Shown: positions 55,584 to 64,000 of the stretch, piece after piece
Layout: each line of letters opens with the position of its first letter
Numbering within the stretch: position 1 is the stretch's first letter
NCBI GenBank assembly: GCA_964202905.1
Contig: CAXNJO010000006.1
Coordinates: 256,001 to 320,000 of the forward strand
DNA length: 64,000 bases
Direction: 5' to 3'
Source: Polyangiales bacterium
Lineage (GTDB): Bacteria; Myxococcota_A; Polyangia; Polyangiales; JADJQN01
The notes under the pieces: generated by a model
The model's database searches: none
The model's input: the letters and a program-made list of their open reading frames with translations, nothing else
Told to the model about the DNA's origin: nothing
Translations under genes and position numbers: made by a program

Positions 55584-55913
55584 ATGAGCACCACCGAGTC
55601 CGTCCCTCCGGACGCAGAGACGATCACCGCCGCGCAGGTGCGGCACGTTGCGAAGCTCGCGCGGCTCGCGCTCTCGGAGCCGGAGCTCGAGACGATGCGC
55701 GTGCAGCTCTCGCGCATCCTCGGCCACGTCGCTTCGCTCGACGCGCTCGACGTCGCGGACGTGCCGCCCACCTCGCACGCCGTGCCGCTCGATGCGGCGC
55801 TGCGCGAGGACGTCGTGCGTGATTCGCTGCCGCGGCGCGAATTGCTCGCGGCGGCCCCCGCGACCGAGGCCGGCGCCTTCGCGGTGCCGAAGGTGCTCGA
55901 GGGGGACGCGTGA
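55584..55913 (+). CDS. gatC: Asp/Glu-tRNA amidotransferase subunit C
   Basis: VRHVAKLARL, PTSH, LREDV, FAVPKV. Confidence 0.95.
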   Translation: MSTTESVPPDAETITAAQVRHVAKLARLALSEPELETMRVQLSRILGHVASLDALDVADVPPTSHAVPLDAALREDVVRDSLPRRELLAAAPATEAGAFAVPKVLEGDA

Positions 55914-57394
55914 GCGCCGCGGAGATCACGGGGCTCGGCGTGGTCGCGCTCGCCGAGAAGGTGCAGCGCGGCGAGCTGCGCGCGGTCGAGGTCGCGCAGG
56001 CCTTCCTCGACCGCATCGCGCACCTCGACGCGGGCGTCGGTGCGTTCCTGCACGTCGATGGCGAGGGGGCGCTCGCGCACGCCGCGGGTGTCGATCGGCT
56101 CGCCCCGGAGGCGCGGCGCGCGCTGCCGCTCGCGGGCGTGCCCGTCGCCATCAAGGACAACCTCTGCACGCGCGGCGTGCCGACGACCTGCGCGTCGAAG
56201 ATCCTCGCCGGCTGGGTGCCGCCCTACGACGCGCACGCGGTCGAGCGGCTGCGCGCGGCGGGCGCGACGCTCGTCGGCAAGACGAACATGGACGAGTTCG
56301 CGATGGGCTCGTCCAACGAGAACAGCGCGTTCTGGCCCGTGCGCAACCCGTGGGATCGCACGCGCGCGCCGGGCGGCTCGTCGGGCGGCTCCGCGGCGGC
56401 GACGGCGGCGGCCTTCGCGGCGGCCTCGCTCGGCAGCGACACGGGTGGCTCGGTGCGTCAGCCGGGCGCCTTCTGCGGCGTCGCGGCGATCAAGCCCACC
56501 TACGGGCGCATCTCGCGCTACGGGCTCATCGCGTTCGCGTCCTCGCTCGACCAGATCGGGCCCTTCGCGCGGACGACGCGCGACGCGGCGCGCGTCCTCG
56601 GCGTGATCGCGGGGCACGACCCGCGCGATGCGACGAGCGTCGCGCGCGAGGTGCCCGACTACGAGGCCGAGTGCGGGCAGCCGCTCGCCGGGATGCGAAT
56701 CGGCGTCGTGCGCGAGGCGCTCGGCGAGGGCGTCGAGCCGGCCGTTCGTGCGGCGATCGAGGCCGCGCTCGAGGTCTACCGCGCGCTCGGCTGTGCGATC
56801 GTCGACGTCGCGCTCCCGCATGCGCACCACGCGGTCGCGACGTACTACCTGATCGCGCCGGCCGAGTGCTCCTCGAACCTCGCGCGCTTCGACGGCATGC
56901 GCTTCGGCCTCCGCAGCCCGGGCGCCGACCTCGCCGAGACGTACGGCCGCACGCGCGCCGAGGGCTTCGGCCCCGAGGTCAAGCGCCGCATCATGCTCGG
57001 CACGTACGCGCTCTCGGCGGGCTACTACGACGCCTTCTACGTCAAGGCGCAGAAGGCCCGCACGCTCATCGCGCGCGACTACGACGCGGCCTTCGCGACG
57101 TGCGACGCGGTGCTCACGCCGACGTCACCGACGGTGGCCTTCGCGCTCGGCGAGAAGACGAGCGATCCGCTCGCGATGTACCTCGCCGACATCTTCACGC
57201 TGCCGCCGAGCCTCGCGGGGCTCCCTGCGGCGAACGTCGCGTGCGGCTTCTCGCCGGAGGGGCTGCCGATCGGGCTGCAGCTCGTCACGCGCGCGTTCGA
57301 CGAGCCTGGGCTCGTGCGCCTCGCGGACGGGTACGAGCGCGCGAGCGGGTTTGCGGGCAGGCGGCCGGCCGATCCGGCCAAGGGGAAGGGCTGA
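55910..57394 (+). CDS. gatA: Asp/Glu-tRNA amidotransferase subunit A
   Basis: KDN, GKTNMDEFAMGSS, GGSSGGSA, GSDTGGSVRQP, EVKRRIMLGT. Confidence 0.97.
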   Translation: MSAAEITGLGVVALAEKVQRGELRAVEVAQAFLDRIAHLDAGVGAFLHVDGEGALAHAAGVDRLAPEARRALPLAGVPVAIKDNLCTRGVPTTCASKILAGWVPPYDAHAVERLRAAGATLVGKTNMDEFAMGSSNENSAFWPVRNPWDRTRAPGGSSGGSAAATAAAFAAASLGSDTGGSVRQPGAFCGVAAIKPTYGRISRYGLIAFASSLDQIGPFARTTRDAARVLGVIAGHDPRDATSVAREVPDYEAECGQPLAGMRIGVVREALGEGVEPAVRAAIEAALEVYRALGCAIVDVALPHAHHAVATYYLIAPAECSSNLARFDGMRFGLRSPGADLAETYGRTRAEGFGPEVKRRIMLGTYALSAGYYDAFYVKAQKARTLIARDYDAAFATCDAVLTPTSPTVAFALGEKTSDPLAMYLADIFTLPPSLAGLPAANVACGFSPEGLPIGLQLVTRAFDEPGLVRLADGYERASGFAGRRPADPAKGKG

Positions 57395-57398
57395 GGCC

Positions 57399-58867
<1,469 letters not shown>

Positions 58868-58871
<4 letters not shown>

Positions 58872-59969
58872 CGCCGCTCGACGCGGACGCGGTGCGGCCG
58901 CCGATCTCGCGCGCGCCGCTCTCGGGCGCTGCGTACTCGGCCGTCGAGTTCGACCCCGCCGACGACGCGGTGGTGCTGCTCGACCAGCGGCTCCTGCCCG
59001 GGCGCGTCGTCTACGTGCGCTGCACGACGCCCGACGCCGTCGCCGATGGCATCCGCGACATGGTCGTGCGCGGGGCGCCCGCCATCGGCATCGCGGCGGC
59101 CTACGCGGTCGCGCAGCTCGCGGCGCGGGAGCGGGGCGACGCGGCGGTGTTCCTCATGGCGTGCGGCGTCGCGGGGCGCGTGCTCGGCGCGACGCGGCCG
59201 ACGGCCGTGAACCTCGCGTGGGCGATCGCGCGGATGGCGCGTCGTGCGGCCGACGTCGCGCGGCTGCCCGCCGAGGCGCGTGCTGCGGCGATGCGCGCGG
59301 AGGCCGAGGCCATCCACGCCGAGGACGTCGCCGCGTGCCGCGCGATGGGCGCGCTCGGTGCGCTCGACGTGCCCGACGACGCGACGATCCTCACGCACTG
59401 CAACGCGGGCGCGCTCGCGACGGGCGGTTACGGGACGGCGCTCGGCGTCGTGCGCGCGGCGCGCGCGGCGGGCAAGCGCGTGCGTGTGCTCGCGGACGAG
59501 ACGCGGCCCTATCTGCAGGGCGCGCGGCTCACGGCGTGGGAGCTCGCGGCCGACGGCGTCGACGTCGAGGTCATCACCGACGGGATGGCCGGACACTTCT
59601 TCCAGCGCGGCGCGATCCAGTTCGTCGTCGTCGGCGCCGACCGCGTCGCCGCGAACGGCGACGTCGCGAACAAGATCGGCACGTACGGCGTCGCCGTGCT
59701 CGCGCGCGCACACGGCGTCCCCTTCACGGTCGCGGCGCCGTGGAGCACGGTGGACCTGCGCACGCCCGTCGGGCGCCGAGATCCCGATCGAGGAGCGCGC
59801 GAGCGACGAGGTCGCGCGCATCGGCGAGATGCAGATCGTGCCCGCGGGCGTCGCGTGTCGGCATCCCGCCTTCGACGTGACGCCCGCGCGCCTCGTGGAC
59901 GCCGTCTACACCGAGCGCGGCGTGTTCCGCCCGGGCCGCGGCGAGGGGCCGGGCACCGTCGCGCGCTGA
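58868..59969 (+). CDS. mtnA: S-methyl-5-thioribose-1-phosphate isomerase; +1 indel at ~59766
   Basis: [50 protein letters not shown], then EIPIEER..PAFDVTP in the next frame. Confidence 0.92.
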
Positions 59970-60005
59970 GCCGCGCCGCGCGGGCCCGGAGCCGTCACAC
60001 GCCGC

Positions 60006-60317
60006 TCAGCCGCCCTCGGCCTCGGCGCGCGCGACCCACGCGCGGATCTCGCGCTCGATCACCTCGATCGCCTTCGATTTGAAGGGCCGCAGCAGCAGCG
60101 GCACGTCGAGGTCGATGAGGATCTCGCGCGCCGCGAGCTCGATCGAGCCCTTCAGCGTGACGCCCTTCACGGTGAAGCTCGTCTCGGCGCGCTGCGCGTC
60201 GAGCCAGCGCAGGGCGGGGCGGTACTCGGCGAAGCGCTCCGCGTAGCTGGCGAAGGCTTGCTCGGCGACGCGACGCGCGCGCTCGGGGCCGAGGGGGTGG
60301 GGGATGCTGTGCTTCAT
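60006..60317 (-). CDS. Polyhydroxyalkanoic acid system family protein (PHA_gran_rgn-like)
   Basis: [26 protein letters not shown] pattern. Confidence 0.7.
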   Translation of the reverse strand: MKHSIPHPLGPERARRVAEQAFASYAERFAEYRPALRWLDAQRAETSFTVKGVTLKGSIELAAREILIDLDVPLLLRPFKSKAIEVIEREIRAWVARAEAEGG

Positions 60318-60402
60318 CTCGCTCCATGGCCGCACGCGCGGCGGCGCAGAGTCTAGAGCACGCGGGCGTGCGAGGGCCACGAAGTGGCGGCGCGCGATCG
60401 GA

Positions 60403-62286
60403 TCAGTCGCGTGTGTCGAAGACGTAGGCGGCGCCGGCGTTCCCGGCGCGGTCGTTCGTCTGGTCACCGTCGATGCCCGTGGCGTTGCTCGCCTCGTAGG
60501 GCGCGCCGACCGCGAGGCGGCGGCCGTCGCTCGAGAGGGAGACGCCGTGGCCGAAGAAGTCGGCCATCCCCGTGTTCGAGGCCTTCACGTAGGCCTCCTG
60601 GGCCCACGACGTCGCCGTGCGCACGAACACGTAGACCGCGCCGGACGTGGAGGTGCTGTTGCTCGCCTGGTCACCGCCGACGCCGGTGGCGCTGCTGCCT
60701 TCGCCGATGGCCCCGACCGCGAGGCGCAGGCCGTCTGCGGAGAGGGCGAGGGTCCAGCCGAATTGGTCGAACGGCCCCGTGTTCGACGCCTTGAGGTAGG
60801 CGTCCTGGCTCCACGTCGTGCCCGTCCGCGAGAAAACGTAGACGGCGCCGGCGTCCGGTGCACCGTCGCTCGTCGGGTCGCCGCCGACGCCGGTGGCGCT
60901 GCTGTCCTCGTGCCAGGCGCCGACCGCGAGCTGATTGCCGTCGGCGGAGAGGGAGACGCTGATGCCGAACTCGTCGCGGGCGCCCGTGTTGCCGGCCTTC
61001 ACGTAGGCCTCCTGCGTCCACGTCGTGCCCGAGCGTGTGAAGACGTACACGGCGCCGGACTCGCGGGCGGCGTTGTTCGCCTGATCGCCGCCGATGCCGG
61101 TCGCGTTGCTGTCCTCGCCGTTCGCGCTGACCGCGAGGCGGCTGCCATCGCTTGAGAGGGTCACGCTGTAGCCGAAGCTGTCGCCGGGCCCGGCCGTCGA
61201 GGCCTTGACGTAGGCCTCCTGCGCCCACGTCGTGCCCGTACGCGCGTAGACGTACACGGCGCCCGAGCCCGTCGCGGCGTTGTTCGTCTGGTCGCCGCCG
61301 ATGCCCGTGGCGTTGCTGTCCTCGCCGTTCGCGCCGACGGCGAGGTGGGAGCCGTCGGCGGAGAGGGCGACGCTGAGGCCGAAGTAGTCGCTCGCGTTCG
61401 TGTTCGAGGCCTTGACGTAGGCCTCCTGTGCCCAGGATGAACCCGTGCGCGTGAAGACGTACACGGCGCCGGACTCGCGGGCGGCGTCGTTGATGGCGGA
61501 GCCGTTGATGCCGGTGGCGTTGCTGTCTTCGCCGATGGCCCCGACCGCGAGGCGGCTGCCGTCCGCGGAGAGGGAGACGCTCTGCCCGAAGTTGTCGTTC
61601 GCGCCCGTGTTCGCGGCCTTGACGTAGGCCTCCTGCGCCCACGTCGTGCCCGTGCGGACGAAGAGGTAGACGGCGCCCGCTCGGTTGGCGGCGTCGTTGC
61701 TCTGGTCGCCGCCGACCCCGAAGGCGTTGCTCGACTCCCAGTTCGCCCCCACTGCGAGGCGGGTGCCATCGGCGGAGAGGGCGAGGGCGTGGCCGAAGTC
61801 GTCGCCCACGCCCGTGTTCGAGGCCTTGACGTAGGCGTTCTGGACCCAGAGTGGCGCGCAGGCGCCCGCCACGACGACGAACCCGAGGCCGCACGTCGGC
61901 ACGGCCATGTCGACCCCCAGATCGGCGGCGATGGCCATGTCCTCGGGCATCGCCATGTCGACCGCGATGGCCATGTCCTCCGGCGTTGCCATGTCGACCG
62001 CGATGGCCATGTCCTCGGGCGCCGCCATGTCGACCGCGATGGCCATGTCCTCGGGCGCCGCCATGTCGAGCGCGAGGGCCATGTCCTCGGGCGCCGCCAT
62101 GTCGAGCGCGACGGCCATGTCCTGCGGGTTCGTCATGTCCTCCGGCGCCGTCATGTCCGTGGTGAAGGTCATGTCGGTGGCCGGGCCCGCGTCATCGACC
62201 ACGTTGGTCGCGTCGTCGGAACAGGCGCTCAGCGAGGACGCAGTGACGAAGGAGAGAGCCAGCAGGATCCGGCAGTCGATGCGCAT
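60403..62286 (-). CDS. FG-GAP (integrin alpha-like) seven-repeat beta-propeller lipoprotein
   Basis: Lipobox LSAC; seven QxAYxKA..DxFG..LSxDG..LAVGA..GAVY repeats. Confidence 0.9.
   Translation of the reverse strand: MRIDCRILLALSFVTASSLSACSDDATNVVDDAGPATDMTFTTDMTAPEDMTNPQDMAVALDMAAPEDMALALDMAAPEDMAIAVDMAAPEDMAIAVDMATPEDMAIAVDMAMPEDMAIAADLGVDMAVPTCGLGFVVVAGACAPLWVQNAYVKASNTGVGDDFGHALALSADGTRLAVGANWESSNAFGVGGDQSNDAANRAGAVYLFVRTGTTWAQEAYVKAANTGANDNFGQSVSLSADGSRLAVGAIGEDSNATGINGSAINDAARESGAVYVFTRTGSSWAQEAYVKASNTNASDYFGLSVALSADGSHLAVGANGEDSNATGIGGDQTNNAATGSGAVYVYARTGTTWAQEAYVKASTAGPGDSFGYSVTLSSDGSRLAVSANGEDSNATGIGGDQANNAARESGAVYVFTRSGTTWTQEAYVKAGNTGARDEFGISVSLSADGNQLAVGAWHEDSSATGVGGDPTSDGAPDAGAVYVFSRTGTTWSQDAYLKASNTGPFDQFGWTLALSADGLRLAVGAIGEGSSATGVGGDQASNSTSTSGAVYVFVRTATSWAQEAYVKASNTGMADFFGHGVSLSSDGRRLAVGAPYEASNATGIDGDQTNDRAGNAGAAYVFDTRD
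61931..62110 (-). repeat. 36-bp tandem repeat x5 encoding (V/L)DMA(A/T/M)PEDMA(I/L)A stalk
   Basis: Read directly from the sequence. Confidence 0.9.
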
Positions 62287-62341
62287 GACGGCGAAACAAG
62301 TCCTCGAACGGCGGCGTAATGTCAACGTGTGGTCGGTCGCG

Positions 62342-64000
62342 TCAACGCCGCCCGAGGCGCAGCGCGTTGAGCACGACCGTCACCGAGCTGAGCGCCATCG
62401 CGCCGGCGGCGAGCATCGGGCCGCCGAACGCCGCGAGGAGGCCGAGCGCGGCGAGCGGGATGCCCGCGACGTTGTAGGCGAAGGCGAAGAAGAGGTTCTG
62501 GCGCACGGTGCGCAGCGTGCGGCGACTGGTGTCGATGGCCTCGAGCACCGCGCCGACCTCGCCGCGCACGAGCGTGATGGGCGCGGTGTCGATGGCGACG
62601 TCGGTGCCGCCCGCGAGCGCGAAGCCGACGTCGGCCGCTGCGAGGGCGGGCGCGTCGTTGACGCCGTCGCCGACCATGCCGACGACGTGGCCCGCGGCGC
62701 GGAGCGACTCGATGCGCGCGAGCTTGTCTTCCGGGCGAGCCCCCGCCACGACGAGCGCGGGGTCGAGGCCGACCTCGCGCGCGACGGCGTGGGCGACGCG
62801 GGCGTGATCGCCGGTCACGAGGTGCAGCGAGATCCCGAGCGCACGCAGCCGCGCGACGGCCGCGGCGCTCGACGCGCGCACCGGGTCGCGGACGCCGAAG
62901 AGCGCGGCGTCGACGCCGTCGATCTGCACGAGCATCACGCTGCGCGCGTCGCGGGTGAGGGCTTCGTGCGCCGCCTCGAGGCGGGCGCGCGCGTCGTCGT
63001 CGCGCGGGGCCGCGGCGTCGACGGCGCCGACGAAGACGCGCGTCTCGCCGACGCGGCCGCGCACGCCGCGCCCGGCCTCGGCGATCACGCTCGTGGCGCG
63101 CGGGACCACGAGCTGGCGGTCGCGCGCGGCCTGCACGACGGCGCGCGCGAGCGGGTGGGGGCTCTCCGCCTCGAGCGCGGCGGCGAGCGCCAGCACCTCG
63201 GCCTCGGCGCGCGCGTCGAGCAGGACGACGTCGGTGAGCCCGGGGCGCCCCTCGGTGAGCGTGCCCGTCTTGTCGAGGACGAGCGCGCCGATGTGCGCCG
63301 CGCGCTCGAGCGCCGCCGCGTCGCGTACGAGCACGCCGCGTCGCGCCGCGAGCCCGGTGCCGACGAGGATGGCCGTCGGCGTCGCGAGCCCGAGCGCGCA
63401 CGGACACGCGATCACGAGCACCGAGACGGCGGTGAGCAGCGCTTCGTCGAGCGTCGCGCCTGCGAGCAGCCAGCCCGCGAGCGTGATGAACGCGACGCCG
63501 ACGACGACCGGCACGAACACCGCGCTCACGCGATCGGCGAGCCGCTGCACGGGCGCGCGCGAGCCCTGCGCGTCGGCGACGAGGCGCACGATCCGCGCGA
63601 GCGTCGCGTCCGCACCGGTGTGCGTGGCCTCGACCTCGAGCGGGGCGCCGAGCGCGAGCGTGCCGCCGATCACCGCGTCCCCCGGGCCCCGCGCGATGGG
63701 CGCGCTCTCGCCGGTGACGAGCGACTCGTCCACGCTCGTATGACCATCCCGAACGATGCCATCGACGGGGATGCGCTCGTCGGCGCGCACGCGCACCACG
63801 TCGCCGGGGACGACCTCGCCGACGGGCCGCTCGCGCTCGATTCCGTCGCGCACCACGCGCGCCGTCGCGGGCTGCAGCCGCGCGAGCGCGCGCAGCGACG
63901 CGCCGGCCTGCCGCCGCGCGCGCGCCTCGAGCCATTTGCCGACGAGGACGAGCGTGACGATCATCGCCGCCGTCTCGAAGTAGAGGTGCGCGTGCCCCGT
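62342..64000 (-). CDS. copA: Heavy-metal (copper-type) P1B-ATPase, 5' end outside the window
   Basis: YFETAA, TGES, IACPCALGLATP, DKTGT, HP, GDGVNDAP, YN..., MALSS (Cu+ signature). Confidence 0.88.
   Translation of the reverse strand, partial: TGHAHLYFETAAMIVTLVLVGKWLEARARRQAGASLRALARLQPATARVVRDGIERERPVGEVVPGDVVRVRADERIPVDGIVRDGHTSVDESLVTGESAPIARGPGDAVIGGTLALGAPLEVEATHTGADATLARIVRLVADAQGSRAPVQRLADRVSAVFVPVVVGVAFITLAGWLLAGATLDEALLTAVSVLVIACPCALGLATPTAILVGTGLAARRGVLVRDAAALERAAHIGALVLDKTGTLTEGRPGLTDVVLLDARAEAEVLALAAALEAESPHPLARAVVQAARDRQLVVPRATSVIAEAGRGVRGRVGETRVFVGAVDAAAPRDDDARARLEAAHEALTRDARSVMLVQIDGVDAALFGVRDPVRASSAAAVARLRALGISLHLVTGDHARVAHAVAREVGLDPALVVAGARPEDKLARIESLRAAGHVVGMVGDGVNDAPALAAADVGFALAGGTDVAIDTAPITLVRGEVGAVLEAIDTSRRTLRTVRQNLFFAFAYNVAGIPLAALGLLAAFGGPMLAAGAMALSSVTVVLNALRLGRR

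Noticed and set aside
61931..62110. 36-bp periodic repeats (and the 96-bp repeats at 41.7-43.4 kb) as a CRISPR array
   Set aside because: They are in-frame coding tandem repeats with no unique spacers, and no cas genes are present.

Overview
Very GC-rich chromosomal segment of a myxobacterium. Myxococcota, probably Polyangia/Sandaracinaceae-like, is inferred from gene content: a Ser/Thr kinase-PEGA pair, many Cys-rich lipoproteins with DAG/DLG linkers, and a giant sigma54 activator. Housekeeping genes (dnaE, pilD, proBA, rsfS, rlmH, comF, smpB, thrC, trmL, ald, phoD, deoC plus two ALDH-like genes, gatCAB, mtnA, copA-like ATPase) are interleaved with envelope and signalling genes. I saw no tRNA, rRNA, CRISPR array or mobile element. 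About ten single-base indels break six genes between 38 and 60 kb and are most likely long-read assembly errors. The best candidate for an undescribed system is at 43.6-50.5 kb. A ~1290-aa STAND-like NTPase/TPR/sigma54 activator is translationally coupled to an exported protein with three identical GDPSPQPS peptides. A 19-bp tandem repeat and an orphan multi-TM/GAF histidine kinase follow. The layout resembles RRNPP-type peptide signalling, but this is inference only. Other oddities are a lipoprotein with 16 disintegrin-like repeats, a membrane-anchored degenerate AMMECR1-like protein beside a GT41 and a B12 radical SAM enzyme, and two M23 peptidases sharing an unnamed motif.
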